From NCBI RefSeq assembly GCF_003044035.1, contig NZ_NVQC01000009.1:90001-122000 (forward strand): a stretch of 32,000 bases of DNA, given 5' to 3'. The position numbers and the translations under genes were made by a program. The stretch comes from Candidatus Methylomirabilis limnetica. Lineage in GTDB: Bacteria > Methylomirabilota > Methylomirabilia > Methylomirabilales > Methylomirabilaceae. Shown piece after piece: positions 1 to 10,218 of this stretch (positions within the stretch are counted from its first letter, which is position 1; every line of letters starts with the position of its first letter). The notes under the pieces are model-generated. The model saw only the letters and a program-made list of their open reading frames with translations. It had not been told where the DNA came from and ran no database searches.

Positions 1-665
1 CGGCCCACTTCCTCCAGCCGCTTCCGATTGAGCGGCTCTGGGGCGTGGGGCCGAAGACCGCCGGACGCTTGCGGCAGATGGGGCTTATGACCATCGGTGA
101 GCTGGCGGCTCGACCTCAGCTCGAGTTGGCGGCCGCCTTAGGGCCGCTTGGCGCGCACCTGTGGGATCTGGCCCAAGGGATCGATGTGCGGGAGGTGATC
201 CCGGAGGAGCCCGCCCAGTCGGTGGGAGCGGAGACCACGTTTCCAGAGGATACGGCCGATCCCGTCCGGATCCGGCAGACGGTGCTGGCCCTATCGGAGG
301 GGGTGGCTCGGCGCTTGCGGGTGGAGGCCATCCAGGCCGGCGCACTCACCCTGAAACTGCGGGACGAGACCTTCCAGACCCAGACCAGATCGGTCTCGCT
401 CTCGGAGCCCACCGATCAATCTCAGGACATCTATCGGACGGCGCTGATGCTGCTGGAGCGACTTCCCTTCTCGGGCCGCAAGGTGCGTCTCCTGGGGGTG
501 ACGGCCTCGAGACTGTCCGATCTCATGGGATCGGGGCAGCAACTCTCGTTGGAGATCAATCCTGCCGGCGCCAAGCAGCGCCGGTTGACGGAGGCCGTAG
601 ATCGTATCCATGCGCGGTTTGGAAAGGGGGCGATCCGTCCGGCCAGCCTACTCGCTTCCTCGTGA
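1..665 (+). CDS. dinB: DNA polymerase IV (Y-family, DinB), C-terminal part; 5' end lies outside the window
   Basis: The frame is open from base 3 (AHFLQPLPIERLWGVGPKTAGRLRQMG...). It has the HhH-type 'LWGVGPKT' motif followed by little-finger-like sequence (GRKVRLLGVTASRL). Stop TGA at 663-665. Confidence 0.85.
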   Translation, partial: AHFLQPLPIERLWGVGPKTAGRLRQMGLMTIGELAARPQLELAAALGPLGAHLWDLAQGIDVREVIPEEPAQSVGAETTFPEDTADPVRIRQTVLALSEGVARRLRVEAIQAGALTLKLRDETFQTQTRSVSLSEPTDQSQDIYRTALMLLERLPFSGRKVRLLGVTASRLSDLMGSGQQLSLEINPAGAKQRRLTEAVDRIHARFGKGAIRPASLLASS

Positions 666-783
666 CCGCAGATGCCTATAGAGACAGAAGCTGCAAGAGT
701 GAGTTCGCGCTGCCCAATAAATCGTCGCCCTACTGAGAGGGTGAGAGCGGTTGTTAAAAACCTATCACGAGGAGGTTAGGGTT

Positions 784-1089
784 ATGAAGGTGCAAAGAAT
801 TGTATTTGCCGCAATGCTCATGGTGGGGCTCATGGTGATTTCCGCCCCGATCGCGTCGGCAGCGGAGGTCGTGTACGATCTGAAGCCTGCGGCAACGATG
901 AAGGCCATCCTGACGGATTCTATCGGCAAACGGGTGGTGTTGCGGCTGGAGTCCAGTGAGGAAATAGAGGGGACAGTGGTTGTGGTCGGTGAACATCTGG
1001 TTCATATCTCGAAACTTTCAAAGAGGGATTTTTTTGATGCCTTTGTCGGTATCGACCGAATCAGCGCGGTGATTATGAGGGCACGGTAA
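784..1089 (+). CDS. small secreted protein of unknown function (101 aa)
   Basis: ATG 784 is preceded by GAGGAGG. The N-terminus MKVQRIVFAAMLMVGLMVISAPIASA|AEV looks like a Sec signal peptide with an AxA site. I recognise no family. The ORF-track start at 751 is an upstream alternative. Confidence 0.5.
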   Translation: MKVQRIVFAAMLMVGLMVISAPIASAAEVVYDLKPAATMKAILTDSIGKRVVLRLESSEEIEGTVVVVGEHLVHISKLSKRDFFDAFVGIDRISAVIMRAR

Positions 1090-1106
1090 CGTCAGTGCAA
1101 AACTCC

Positions 1107-1135
1107 TTGCCTTTGGTACGGCGCTCTGATATAAG
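1107..1135 (+). promoter_or_regulatory. sigma70-like promoter candidate for lptD
   Basis: TTGCCT (1107-1112), 17-nt spacer, TATAAG (1130-1135), about 75 nt upstream of the lptD start. Confidence 0.4.
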
Positions 1136-1209
1136 GCAAAGGCACCTTCGGTCAGGCTGATCCTGTAGACACACCGCCTGCGGCGCCACGGTTCGGACAA
1201 GGGCAAGTC

Positions 1210-3540
1210 GTGTCTTTAGAAGGTCTGTTGAGGTCCCTCATGAGGTCTCTGTCGATGCCACGCCGCCTCTTACCTGTCTTATCGGTACTCTACGTCCTTA
1301 CTCTCCTTTGCTTCGTGCCTGTGGCTTCGGCTCAGGACACAGGATCCCGTGGCCTCCTTGATAAGCTCAATGAACTCAAGTCGACCGTTCGGATCGAGGC
1401 GAATGAGATGGAACGCCGCGAGAGCGACAAGCTCACCATCGCGAGAGGTGACGTCCGAATCCATATGGAGAATCGCATCCTCAATGCCGATGAGGTTGAG
1501 CTGGATCAGGCCCAGGAGGTCATCCGGGCCAAGGGGCGGGTTCAGCTCATCGATGGGGCAAGCCGTCTGAATGGCGATCGACTGGAATACCACTACCGCA
1601 CCAATACGGGTGTCATGTATCAGGCCAAAGGGGCGATTCCCCCAGCGACCACCTTTCAAGGCGTCGAGATCCACAAGGAAGGGGATCGCAGGTATCGGCT
1701 GATCGATGGCAGCTTCACCACCTGCAGTATCTGCCAACCCGAGTCCGGCGGTGTCGATTGGGAGATCCGGGCGAAAGAGGCGGTGATCGAACAGGACGAG
1801 TATCTTGAGGCCAAGTCAGCGTCGTTCTGGATTCGGGGTCTCCCGTCCCTTTACACCCCGTACCTCGTCTACCCTGTCGGCCCACGGCGTACCGGCCTTC
1901 TTATCCCCAAGATTGGCACCAGCAGTTTGTCAGGGGCCACCTTTAGGCAGCCGTTCTTCTGGGCTATCGATGAGTCTCAGGATCTGACCCTGACCGGAGT
2001 CTACCGGACCAAACAGGGCGTTGAGGGCCAGGCCACCTACAGGTACATCCTGGGGCCGGAGGCGGGTGGCTTCGTGGAGGGCCGGGTGATCCAGGATCGG
2101 CGGAGTGATGCGCAGAGCGAGGTGCGAGCTACCATCACTGCCCGCCACGATCAGCAATGGAATCCGGAGTTGAGCTTGAAGGGCGACATCAATTATACGA
2201 GCGACCGGCATGTTCAACAAAGGTTTGCCGAGACCCCGTCTGATCTGAGGACCGCGAACCTCACCAACTCGCGAGTCTTCCTCACGCAGATGTGGCCAAA
2301 TTATGGCCTGCAGTTCCTGTTCGACGATAGCCGCACCCTTGAGCCAAGCACCAACGACAGTCGTCTGACTCGGCTGCCCGCACTCAGCTTTTCCGCCTTT
2401 CCGCAGCATCTGTTCGGTTCACCGGTCCTCCTGGAGACGCAGCTTTCCGGGGCCTATCTGCAGCGAAAAGAGACTCCTGACAGCGGCCGTGCCGATCTGT
2501 TTCCGAAGCTCTCGCTCCCGTGGCGCCTGCTGCCATGGGCCACCATGACGCCCTCGGTCGGCTTTCGGGAGACCGCGTACACGAAACGCACAAATGGGGG
2601 GGCAGCGGGCGGCACGAGCCGGGAACTGTTTGAGGCTCGAAACGAGCTTCAGGCCAGATTCTTCCGCGGGTTTGATGTCGGCGGCACATCGGTTAATCGG
2701 CTCGTTCACCTCCTCGAGCCGCGCATCAGCTACTGGTTCATCAATGCTGGGGGTCAGCAGAAGATCCCGCAGTTCGACAACGTCGATTTTATCAGTCCGC
2801 AGAACAGGGTGACCTATTCTCTCACGAACCGCCTGCTGGCCAAGCTCAAAGAGGATGATGGTTCTATCCGGACCCATGAATTTCTCTCCTTTTCACTCAG
2901 CCAGAGTATCAACGTGAATCCCCAAACACGAACCTTTTCCAATCTTTTTCTGAATGCGCTGACACCGGAACGGATCGATCAGGCGGTCCGTGAGGTGACC
3001 GCCAAGTCCTTGAATAATGGGTTCTCGCGGGTGCGGGAGCGTCGCCTCTCAAACCTGGTGGCCGACCTCCGCGCCTCTCCCTTGCGGGATCTGACCTTCT
3101 ATGGGGTCACTGCCATCAACACCGAAAGGAATCGGGTGGATGGGATCGAGGCCGGTGTGCGGGTCGCTTATCCGGAGTATGGGCGGATAGAACTAGCCCA
3201 TAGCTTCATCCGCGGTGGGGAGACGGCCGGGCAGCCCAATGACAGTCCATTTAGTAGTCGGGAGACCTCGGGCATCATTGGTCGGCTTCTCCTCACGCCG
3301 CTCAAGAACGTTGCCCTCCACTACCTCGGGCGCCTTGATCCCAGGCGAGATAAAAGCCTGGAGAACAATGTAGTCGCGACCTACGCCACCTGCTGCTGGA
3401 TGGTGGGGCTTCATTTCCTCAACCGTTCGGAGGTGCCAGGGGTCAGGGGGTCTGAGAACAGCGTCGAGTTCTTCTTCGAGCTGCTGACCGGCGGGACCCC
3501 TCCACCTGCAGAGCGAGGAGCCCAGTACCTGCGGCGCTGA
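1210..3540 (+). CDS. lptD: LPS-assembly outer-membrane protein LptD (OstA family)
   Basis: 776-aa ORF. It has a signal peptide (...LTLLCFVPVASA|QD), an N-terminal OstA-like segment (ANEMERRESDKLTIARGDVRIHMENRILNADEVELDQ) and a long beta-barrel-like C-terminal region. The start is ambiguous: GTG 1210, ATG 1240 or ATG 1255. Confidence 0.85.
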   Translation: MSLEGLLRSLMRSLSMPRRLLPVLSVLYVLTLLCFVPVASAQDTGSRGLLDKLNELKSTVRIEANEMERRESDKLTIARGDVRIHMENRILNADEVELDQAQEVIRAKGRVQLIDGASRLNGDRLEYHYRTNTGVMYQAKGAIPPATTFQGVEIHKEGDRRYRLIDGSFTTCSICQPESGGVDWEIRAKEAVIEQDEYLEAKSASFWIRGLPSLYTPYLVYPVGPRRTGLLIPKIGTSSLSGATFRQPFFWAIDESQDLTLTGVYRTKQGVEGQATYRYILGPEAGGFVEGRVIQDRRSDAQSEVRATITARHDQQWNPELSLKGDINYTSDRHVQQRFAETPSDLRTANLTNSRVFLTQMWPNYGLQFLFDDSRTLEPSTNDSRLTRLPALSFSAFPQHLFGSPVLLETQLSGAYLQRKETPDSGRADLFPKLSLPWRLLPWATMTPSVGFRETAYTKRTNGGAAGGTSRELFEARNELQARFFRGFDVGGTSVNRLVHLLEPRISYWFINAGGQQKIPQFDNVDFISPQNRVTYSLTNRLLAKLKEDDGSIRTHEFLSFSLSQSINVNPQTRTFSNLFLNALTPERIDQAVREVTAKSLNNGFSRVRERRLSNLVADLRASPLRDLTFYGVTAINTERNRVDGIEAGVRVAYPEYGRIELAHSFIRGGETAGQPNDSPFSSRETSGIIGRLLLTPLKNVALHYLGRLDPRRDKSLENNVVATYATCCWMVGLHFLNRSEVPGVRGSENSVEFFFELLTGGTPPPAERGAQYLRR

Positions 3541-3546
3541 AGGCAG

Positions 3547-3575
3547 TTGACCGATATGGGTGGTACGGGTAGAAT
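3547..3575 (+). promoter_or_regulatory. sigma70-like promoter candidate for hemB-hemL
   Basis: TTGACC (3547-3552), 17-nt spacer, TAGAAT (3570-3575), about 75 nt upstream of the hemB ATG. Confidence 0.55.
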
Positions 3576-3598
3576 AATTTGCAGAAGAAGGCGACCGT

Positions 3599-3616
3599 TC
3601 CCCGCCTACGCGGGGA
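3599..3616. repeat. short palindromic element TCCCCGC-N4-GCGGGGA (copy 1 of 2)
   Basis: A 7-bp stem with a CTAC loop in the hemB 5' UTR. The same stem plus flanking ACAGG/CCTGT recurs inverted at 21713-21735. Confidence 0.6.
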
Positions 3617-3648
3617 CAGGCCCATAGTAGCGCCTTCGAGGGGGAGCT

Positions 3649-4629
3649 ATGTACTACCCAGTATTTCGGCCGCGGCGTCTGCGCCAAAATGAGACCCTTC
3701 GTCGGTTGGTACGAGAAACTCACCTGCGCCTCGACGATCTAATTCAGCCACTCTTTGTCGTTCACGGTCGTGGCGTGCGTCAGGAGATCTCTTCGATGCC
3801 AGGCTGTTTCCATCTTTCTGTAGATGAACTGGCCAAGGAGGCGAAAGAGATAGCTGCGATGGGTATCCCCGGGATCATCCTGTTTGGCCTCCCGGCTGCG
3901 AAAGACGCCGTTGGTTCCGAGGCCTACGCTGAGGATGGGGTCGTCCAACAGGCGGTGCGGGCAGTCAAGGACACTGTGTCCGACCTGCTGGTGATGACGG
4001 ACGTCTGTTTATGCGAATATACCAGTCACGGCCACTGCGGGGTCGTGGAGCGGGGTCAGGTCAAGAACGATCCCACGCTGGAGTTGCTGGCCAGAACGGC
4101 GCTTTCCCATGCCGAGGCCGGCGCCGATGTGGTGGCGCCCTCCGACATGATGGATGGCCGAGTGTCAGCTATCCGAGAGGCCCTTGACGAGGAGGGGTTC
4201 GAGGATACGCCGATCATGGCCTATTCGGCCAAGTATGCCAGCGCCTTCTACGGTCCGTTCCGCGAGGCGGCTGCCGCAGCCCCCCAATTCGGCGATCGCC
4301 GCACCTACCAGATGGACCCGGCCAACAGTGACGAGGCGCTTCGGGAGGTGGGGCTTGACCTGGAGGAGGGAGCGGATATCGTGATGGTGAAGCCGGCCTT
4401 GCCGTACCTGGATATCATATGGCGGGTGAAGCAGGAGTTTGGCGGGCCGATCGCGGCCTATCATGTGAGCGGCGAGTACGCGATGCTGAAGGCGGCCGGG
4501 CGACTCGGGTGGATCGATGAAGAGCGGGTTCTAATGGAGACGCTGACGTCGATCAAGCGGGCCGGCGCTGACCTGATCCTGACCTATGCCGCAAAGGAGG
4601 CGGCGCGCCTGCTGGAGAATAGACCGTGA
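3649..4629 (+). CDS. hemB: porphobilinogen synthase (delta-aminolevulinate dehydratase), Zn-type
   Basis: 326 aa. It has the Cys-rich Zn site [14 protein letters not shown] and Schiff-base Lys regions (IVMVKPA, and the AYHVSGEY context). GGGGGAG SD before ATG 3649. Confidence 0.95.
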   Translation: MYYPVFRPRRLRQNETLRRLVRETHLRLDDLIQPLFVVHGRGVRQEISSMPGCFHLSVDELAKEAKEIAAMGIPGIILFGLPAAKDAVGSEAYAEDGVVQQAVRAVKDTVSDLLVMTDVCLCEYTSHGHCGVVERGQVKNDPTLELLARTALSHAEAGADVVAPSDMMDGRVSAIREALDEEGFEDTPIMAYSAKYASAFYGPFREAAAAAPQFGDRRTYQMDPANSDEALREVGLDLEEGADIVMVKPALPYLDIIWRVKQEFGGPIAAYHVSGEYAMLKAAGRLGWIDEERVLMETLTSIKRAGADLILTYAAKEAARLLENRP

Positions 4630-5945
4630 CCGGCCTGCCTGTGCGTCGCACGCAGACAGGCCCTCGCTCGAAGGCGCTCTTTGAGGAGGCCACGCGTCTC
4701 CTGCCCGGAGGCGTGAACAGTCCGGTGCGGGCGTTTAAGGCTGTAGGCGGGCAGCCGGTGGTGATCGAGCGAGCCAGTGGCTGTCGCCTCTACGACGTCG
4801 ATGGGAATAGCTACATCGACTATGTCGGCTCCTGGGGGCCGATGATCGTCGGCCATGCCCACCCAGCTGTCGTGAAGGCGATCCAGGAGGCGGCCTCGCT
4901 TGGGGTGAGCTATGGGGCGCCGACCCCATGGGAGACGGTGCTGGCCAGAATGGTGGTCGAGGCGATCCCCTCGATCGAGCTGGTCCGGTTTGTGAACTCT
5001 GGGACCGAGGCGACCATGAGCGCCATTCGGCTGGCTCGTGGTGTTACGGGACGCGACCGGATCGTCAAGTTTGAGGGATGCTACCATGGGCACGCCGATA
5101 GCCTTCTGGTCAAGGCCGGCTCTGGCGCCATGACCTTTGGCGTGCCGGACAGCCTTGGCGTCCCTTCTCACCTCGCCCGCCTGACGATCACGCTGCCCTA
5201 CAATGATGGCGATGCTATACAGGCGGCTTTCCGGTCCGTCGGCAAAGAGATCGCCTGCGTGATTGTGGAGCCTGTTGCAGGTAACATGGGGGTTGTTCCG
5301 CCGAGGCCGGGGTTTCTCGCGGCGTTACGAGAGATCACAGCCGCCCACGGCTCACTGCTGATCTTCGACGAGGTGATGACCGGATTCCGGCTGGGGAAAG
5401 GTGGGGCTCAGGCCCTCTACGATATTCGGCCGGATCTGACCTGTCTTGGGAAGATCATCGGCGGCGGCCTGCCGGTGGGCGCGTACGGCGGTTCGCGTAG
5501 TATCATGGAGCAGGTCTCCCCCCTGGGGCCCGTCTATCAGGCCGGGACCCTCTCCGGTAACCCCCTCGCTATGAGGGCCGGCATCGAAACCCTTCGCCTC
5601 CTCGACGAGCCAGGATTTTACGAGCGGCTTGAGGCGAAAGGGAAGCAATTGGAAGCGGGGCTGCGGGAGCTGGCGGCAAAGGAACAGATTCCGCTGCAGT
5701 GTCAACGGGTTGGCTCGATGTGTACCGCCTTCTTCGCTGAGGAGCCTGTCATCGACTATCAGACGGCTCTGGCTGCGGACACCGACCGCTACGCCGATTT
5801 CTTCTGGGCCATGCTTGAACGGGGAGTCTATCTTGCGCCCTCCCAGTTCGAGGCAGCCTTTCTTTCCGATGCCCACGCCACCGGGGACATTGAAACGACC
5901 CTTCTGGCGGCAAAGGATGCCCTGGCTATACTGCGCTGTCGCTAA
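4626..5945 (+). CDS. hemL: glutamate-1-semialdehyde 2,1-aminomutase
   Basis: 439 aa. It has the N-terminal [13 protein letters not shown] motif and the PLP-Lys region [20 protein letters not shown] 4626 overlaps the hemB stop (GTGA), indicating translational coupling. Confidence 0.95.
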   Translation: MTGLPVRRTQTGPRSKALFEEATRLLPGGVNSPVRAFKAVGGQPVVIERASGCRLYDVDGNSYIDYVGSWGPMIVGHAHPAVVKAIQEAASLGVSYGAPTPWETVLARMVVEAIPSIELVRFVNSGTEATMSAIRLARGVTGRDRIVKFEGCYHGHADSLLVKAGSGAMTFGVPDSLGVPSHLARLTITLPYNDGDAIQAAFRSVGKEIACVIVEPVAGNMGVVPPRPGFLAALREITAAHGSLLIFDEVMTGFRLGKGGAQALYDIRPDLTCLGKIIGGGLPVGAYGGSRSIMEQVSPLGPVYQAGTLSGNPLAMRAGIETLRLLDEPGFYERLEAKGKQLEAGLRELAAKEQIPLQCQRVGSMCTAFFAEEPVIDYQTALAADTDRYADFFWAMLERGVYLAPSQFEAAFLSDAHATGDIETTLLAAKDALAILRCR

Positions 5946-5984
5946 CGTTTCATAACCACTCACTCTAACTCAAGGAGGGTTGTT

Positions 5985-6392
5985 ATGTTGCTTACCGATT
6001 GTCTGTCACGACTCCGCTACCAGTGGTTTTTGGTGGTATTGATGGTGCTCGTTGTGGAGGCTTCTCCTGTGTTTGGGGCTGAGAGCCAAGGCACGTCAAG
6101 CCCTCAGTCGCGCTACGGCCTTAGGTGTGCCTCATGTCACGGTGCAAGCGGGAAAGGCGATGGATGGAGGGCAAAGCTTTCCTGGCTCAAGATGCCAAAC
6201 TTTTCCGATTCGGCCTATATGCAAACACGATCCGATGACGACTTCCTGATAGCGATCAAACAGGGTCGTAAGTCGGTAATGCCCGCGTATGGGCTAGAGC
6301 TGCCCGAGCGCGAGATCAAGGATCTGGTGGCCCTCATCAGGAGCTTTGACAAGGCGCCAGCACCGCCGAAGCCAGCGGGAACAGCGCGTTAA
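5985..6392 (+). CDS. small mono-haem c-type cytochrome (class I-like), exported
   Basis: 135 aa with an N-terminal hydrophobic anchor or signal. It has a single CxxCH (CASCHG) and a distal Met candidate (KSVMPAYG). AAGGAGGG SD before the ATG. Confidence 0.8.
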   Translation: MLLTDCLSRLRYQWFLVVLMVLVVEASPVFGAESQGTSSPQSRYGLRCASCHGASGKGDGWRAKLSWLKMPNFSDSAYMQTRSDDDFLIAIKQGRKSVMPAYGLELPEREIKDLVALIRSFDKAPAPPKPAGTAR

Positions 6393-6408
6393 TTATGCGC
6401 TTTTCCCC

Positions 6409-6438
6409 TTGACATTGTGAAGGAGGATATGCTAAAAG
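6409..6438 (+). promoter_or_regulatory. sigma70-like promoter candidate upstream of nuo operon 1
   Basis: TTGACA (6409-6414), 18-nt spacer ending in TGc (extended -10-like), TAAAAG (6433-6438). Confidence 0.4.
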
Positions 6439-6502
6439 TTTCACGAACTTAATCGTGGAATCTCAGAAGGCCCTGCAGCGAACAGTCGGCAAGCTCTTCA
6501 GG

Positions 6503-6527
6503 ATGCCCTGCGCGGGGCATTTTTTTT
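6503..6527 (+). terminator. rho-independent terminator-like hairpin plus U-tract
   Basis: ATGCCC (6503-6508) pairs with GGGCAT (6515-6520) around a 6-nt loop. A run of 8 T follows (6520-6527). Confidence 0.55.
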
Positions 6528-6628
6528 GTCGCCGTTAACTTAAGGCCCCGGCGATCCCCTTCACGAGGCCAGACCGTAACGCATGCCTCGTCCATATCGG
6601 ACGCGCACTTCGAACGCTAGGTGGTGAG

Positions 6629-6988
6629 ATGGCAGCAGATTATGCAGTTGTAGGAGTGTTTCTGGTCGTCGGGCTGCTCTTCGTTGTACTGAATGTTGAC
6701 GTAGTTTCCCGACTGCTTCGGCCAAGTAATCCTCAACGCGAAAAGTTGACCACGTATGAATGCGGGGAGGACCCGGTCGGTGCATCCTGGATCCGTATTC
6801 ACGTCCGATACTACCTGTATGCCTTGGTCTACGTGATCTTCGCGGTAGAAACAATCTACCTGCTTCCTTGGGCAGTGGTCTTCCGGAGGCTGGGGATGTT
6901 TGCTTTTGTGGAGATGATGCTCTTTATCGCCATTCTGCTGGTCGGTTTCGCCTACGCCTGGCGGAAGGGCGCTCTGGAGTGGGTCTGA
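6629..6988 (+). CDS. nuoA: NADH-quinone oxidoreductase subunit A (operon 1)
   Basis: 119 aa with 3 TM segments. It has the conserved YECGEDP and LLPWAVVF motifs. Confidence 0.93.
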   Translation: MAADYAVVGVFLVVGLLFVVLNVDVVSRLLRPSNPQREKLTTYECGEDPVGASWIRIHVRYYLYALVYVIFAVETIYLLPWAVVFRRLGMFAFVEMMLFIAILLVGFAYAWRKGALEWV

Positions 6989-7452
6989 TGACGCCGGATG
7001 AGGTCACTGAAGCCATCAAGTCGCAGTTCGGCGACGCCGTCAAGGCTTCAGAGGTCAAGGGTGTCGAGGCCCGAATGGATATCCATCAGGAGAAGAACTA
7101 CGAGATTCTCATCGCGATCAAGGGGATGGGGTTCGACTACCTGAACTGCCTGAGCGCTGTGGATAGACTTGCAAGCGGCGAGCTCGAAGTGGTTTACAAC
7201 ATCTCCTCCCTGTCGCAACCAACGAAGGTCCTGGTGAGGGTACGGATTCCGCGGGAGGATCCGATCATCCGGAGCGTGGTGTCGCTGTGGGGCACAGCAG
7301 ACTGGCATGAACGGGAGGCCTTCGACATGATGGGGATCCGCTTCGATGGTCATCCTGATCTCCGGCGGATCCTGACCTCTGAGGACTGGGTGGGATATCC
7401 GTTGCGTAAAGATTATCAAGACGAACGGCTGGTTCCGTACGAGCCGGTCTAG
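6988..7452 (+). CDS. nuoC: NADH-quinone oxidoreductase subunit C (operon 1)
   Basis: ATG 6988 overlaps the nuoA stop (TGATG). 154 aa with [26 protein letters not shown]. The 230-aa ORF-track entry (6760..) is an out-of-frame overlap with nuoA. Confidence 0.92.
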   Translation: MTPDEVTEAIKSQFGDAVKASEVKGVEARMDIHQEKNYEILIAIKGMGFDYLNCLSAVDRLASGELEVVYNISSLSQPTKVLVRVRIPREDPIIRSVVSLWGTADWHEREAFDMMGIRFDGHPDLRRILTSEDWVGYPLRKDYQDERLVPYEPV

Positions 7453-7477
7453 TGACGTTTTCAGTTGAGGCAGGCAG

Positions 7478-8611
7478 ATGAGTCCGCAAGAGATGGAGAT
7501 CGCTGAACAGACCCAGGAGACGATGGAGGAGATGTACGTCAACATGGGGCCGCAGCACCCCAGCACGCACGGCGTGCTCCGCCTCTTGTTGAAGCTGGAT
7601 GGTGAGGTCGTGACCGAGGTCATCCCGTACATCGGCTACTTGCATCGCTGCCATGAAAAGATCGGCGAGAACCGCACCTACACCCAGATCATCCCGTATA
7701 CCGATCGACTGGACTATCTCGCCTCCATGTATAACAACTTCGGCTATGTATTGACGGTGGAAAGGCTCATCGGGCTTGCTGTGCCGGAGCGAGCCGAGTA
7801 TATGCGGGTGATCCTGGGGGAGTTGCAACGGATCGCCAGTCACCTGATCTGGTTGGGGACGTTAGGCCTTGACCTGGGCAACTTTACGATTTTCATGTAC
7901 GCCTTCCGGGAGCGGGAGAAGATCCTGGATCTCTTCGAGTCTGTTTCGGGGCAGCGGTTGAACTACGCTTTCTACCGGATCGGAGGGATGCCGTTAGACT
8001 TTCCCGATTCCTTCCTGACCGATTGCAAGGCATTTCTGGAATGGTTTAAACCGCGTCTGCCAGAGTACGACGCGCTGATGAGTGACAACATCATCTTCCA
8101 GAAGCGGGTACAGGGCCTCGGAAAACTCGATGCAAAGACCGCCATCGATTACGCCATCAGCGGGCCGATGCTCCGTGCCTCCGGGATCAAGTGGGATCTA
8201 CGCCGGAACGATCCGTACTCCATTTACGATCGCTTCGAGTTCGACATCCCGGTGGGAACCTCCGGAGACGTCTGGGACCGATATATGGTCAGACGCATCG
8301 AGATGGACGAGAGCGTAAAGATCGTTGAGCAGGCCCTTCAGGGGCTGCCGTCCGGTGAGATTATCGGGAAGGTGCCGAAAAAGCTGAAGCCGCCAGTCGG
8401 AGACATCTATACCAGGGTGGAGTCGCCCAGGGGCGAACTTGGATTCTACCTCGTTTCAGACGGCTCCGAGAAACCGTACCGGTACAAGGTTCGCTCCCCG
8501 GCCTTTGTCAATTTGAGTGTACTTCCCATAATTGGTCGAGGCTGCCTCGTCGCTGATATCGTGGCCATCCTGGGGAGCATCGACATCGTGCTGGGCGAGG
8601 TAGATCGCTAG
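7478..8611 (+). CDS. nuoD: NADH-quinone oxidoreductase subunit D (operon 1)
   Basis: 377 aa. Motifs: [23 protein letters not shown], and the C-terminal [13 protein letters not shown]. Confidence 0.95.
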   Translation: MSPQEMEIAEQTQETMEEMYVNMGPQHPSTHGVLRLLLKLDGEVVTEVIPYIGYLHRCHEKIGENRTYTQIIPYTDRLDYLASMYNNFGYVLTVERLIGLAVPERAEYMRVILGELQRIASHLIWLGTLGLDLGNFTIFMYAFREREKILDLFESVSGQRLNYAFYRIGGMPLDFPDSFLTDCKAFLEWFKPRLPEYDALMSDNIIFQKRVQGLGKLDAKTAIDYAISGPMLRASGIKWDLRRNDPYSIYDRFEFDIPVGTSGDVWDRYMVRRIEMDESVKIVEQALQGLPSGEIIGKVPKKLKPPVGDIYTRVESPRGELGFYLVSDGSEKPYRYKVRSPAFVNLSVLPIIGRGCLVADIVAILGSIDIVLGEVDR

Positions 8612-8664
8612 AAAAACAGTTTCGAGTTTCGAGTTACGAAACCCTAAATCCAAAACTTGGAACC
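8612..8664 (+). repeat. heptamer-array hairpin element A (nuoD1|nuoH1 junction), degenerate
   Basis: It starts right after the stop: AAAAACA-GTTTCGA-GTTTCGA-GTTACGA, then AACCCTAAATCCAAAAC-TTGGAAC. The outer units pair only if G-U wobble is allowed on the + strand RNA. Confidence 0.7.
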
Positions 8665-8673
8665 AGTGTAAGT

Positions 8674-9690
8674 ATGGAAGGTTTGACGGAGAGCTTCTAC
8701 AGCATTTTTGAGACCAGGGGGGTACCCTTGTTCGTCCCCCAGTTGATCGTGATGGTGATGGTGGCCACGGCCGTTCTCATTTTCGTTGCCGTCTCCGTCA
8801 TGTTCATGGTCTGGTGGGAGCGGAAGATCAGCGCCCACATCCAGGTTCGCTTTGGGCCGATGCGCGTCGGTGGCTGGCATGGCTGGGCCCAGAGTATCGC
8901 CGATGGAATCAAGCTCCTCATTAAGGAGGATATCGTTCCGGAGGGGGCTGACCGGCTTGTGTTTGCCCTGGCGCCCATGGTGGTCTTTGCGGCCGGGTTT
9001 GCCGCCTATGTCATCATCCCGTTTGGTCCGGGCCTCATCGTCAGCGATCTGAACATCGGTGTGCTCTTCTACATTTCTATCTCCTCCCTGACGGTGGTGG
9101 GAATCATCATGGCCGGCTGGAGCTCTAACAACAAGTATTCAGTCCTCGGCGCGGTCCGCTCGGCGGCGCAGGCGGTAAGCTACGAGGTCCCCCTCGTGGT
9201 CTCGATCCTTGGGGTTGTCATGACGGTCGGCTCCCTGAGTATGACCCGGATCGTAGAGGCACAGCAGGGGGTCTGGTTTGTGATCCCGCAACTGCTCGGC
9301 TTCCTCATCTTTCTGACCGCAGCCATCGCTGAATGCAACCGGCTGCCATTTGACATCCCGGAGGCTGAGTCAGAGCTGGTGGCCGGCTTTCATGTTGAGT
9401 ACAGCGGGATGCGATTTGCCATCTTCTTCCTGGCGGAATACGCCAATATGTTCACGGTGTCGGCCATCGCCACCGCGCTGTTTCTGGGCGGCTGGCATGG
9501 GCCGCTGCTGCCGGGGTGGCTTTGGTTCCTTCTGAAGACCTATTTCCTCATTTTTGTGATGATGTGGCTGCGCTGGACGCTGGCCAGGCTGCGAGTCGAT
9601 CAACTCATGTACCTGGGGTGGAAGGTCTTGCTGCCGCTGGCTTTTCTGAATATGGGGATTACCGGATTAATTCTGGTACTGCGAGGGTAG
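8674..9690 (+). CDS. nuoH: NADH-quinone oxidoreductase subunit H (operon 1)
   Basis: 338 aa, polytopic. Motifs: [41 protein letters not shown]. Confidence 0.95.
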   Translation: MEGLTESFYSIFETRGVPLFVPQLIVMVMVATAVLIFVAVSVMFMVWWERKISAHIQVRFGPMRVGGWHGWAQSIADGIKLLIKEDIVPEGADRLVFALAPMVVFAAGFAAYVIIPFGPGLIVSDLNIGVLFYISISSLTVVGIIMAGWSSNNKYSVLGAVRSAAQAVSYEVPLVVSILGVVMTVGSLSMTRIVEAQQGVWFVIPQLLGFLIFLTAAIAECNRLPFDIPEAESELVAGFHVEYSGMRFAIFFLAEYANMFTVSAIATALFLGGWHGPLLPGWLWFLLKTYFLIFVMMWLRWTLARLRVDQLMYLGWKVLLPLAFLNMGITGLILVLRG

Positions 9691-9708
9691 TACGGTGGAG
9701 TTACGCTC

Positions 9709-10215
9709 GTGACTGTGACCCAAGTCGTATTCTTCCTCATGGCTACTTTCACCGTGGGGGCATCCCTTCTGGTGGTCCTGGCCAGAAACATCGTGCATTG
9801 CGCTATCGCATTGGTTTTTGCGTTCTTTGGCGTGGCTGCGCTGTTCATCCTGCTCGATGCCGAGTTCCTGGCAGCCACGCAGGTGCTGTTGTACGTGGGG
9901 GGCATCACCATCCTCCTACTCTTCGCCATCATGTTGACCAGCCGGATCTCGGCCAGAGGGGTGAAGATCATGAACGAGCAGGTGGGGATCAGCGCGGTGG
10001 TGGCCCTCGCTCTCTTTGGGCTCATGGTATATGCCAACCTGAAGGGTTTTCCCGCTCTGGTGCCGCCCGTGCTGGCCGAGTCAGATAATACCGCCTCGCT
10101 CGGGAGGCTCCTTCTGACCACCTATGTCCTGCCATTTGAGATCGTGTCGCTCCTCCTCCTGGCGGCCATGGTGGGCGCCATCGTCCTGGCTCGACGCGAG
10201 CAGGGGAAGGACTGA
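9709..10215 (+). CDS. nuoJ: NADH-quinone oxidoreductase subunit J (operon 1)
   Basis: 168 aa with a GTG start after GGTGGAG. Motifs: LLYVGGITILLLFAIML and the C-terminal PFEIVSLLLLAAMVGA. Confidence 0.92.
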   Translation: MTVTQVVFFLMATFTVGASLLVVLARNIVHCAIALVFAFFGVAALFILLDAEFLAATQVLLYVGGITILLLFAIMLTSRISARGVKIMNEQVGISAVVALALFGLMVYANLKGFPALVPPVLAESDNTASLGRLLLTTYVLPFEIVSLLLLAAMVGAIVLARREQGKD

Positions 10216-10218
10216 GGG

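Noticed and set aside
1103-1142. Hairpin CCTTGCCTT...AAGGCAAAGG after the small secreted-protein gene as a terminator
   Set aside because: The loop is about 19 nt, the stem is bulged, and there is no U-tract. The region fits better as the lptD promoter (TTGCCT-17-TATAAG).
6415-6446. A Rex operator at the operon-1 promoter (TTGTGAA ... TTTCACGA)
   Set aside because: The half-sites are about 17 nt apart instead of the 4-nt spacing of the canonical 18-bp palindrome. I kept it only as a remark in the rex finding.
6760-6987. The upstream extension of the nuoC1 ORF (the 230-aa version) could hide a fused or degenerate NuoB
   Set aside because: The extension overlaps nuoA1 in another frame and has no NuoB Cys motifs. 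NuoC homology begins at ATG 6988, which overlaps the nuoA stop.
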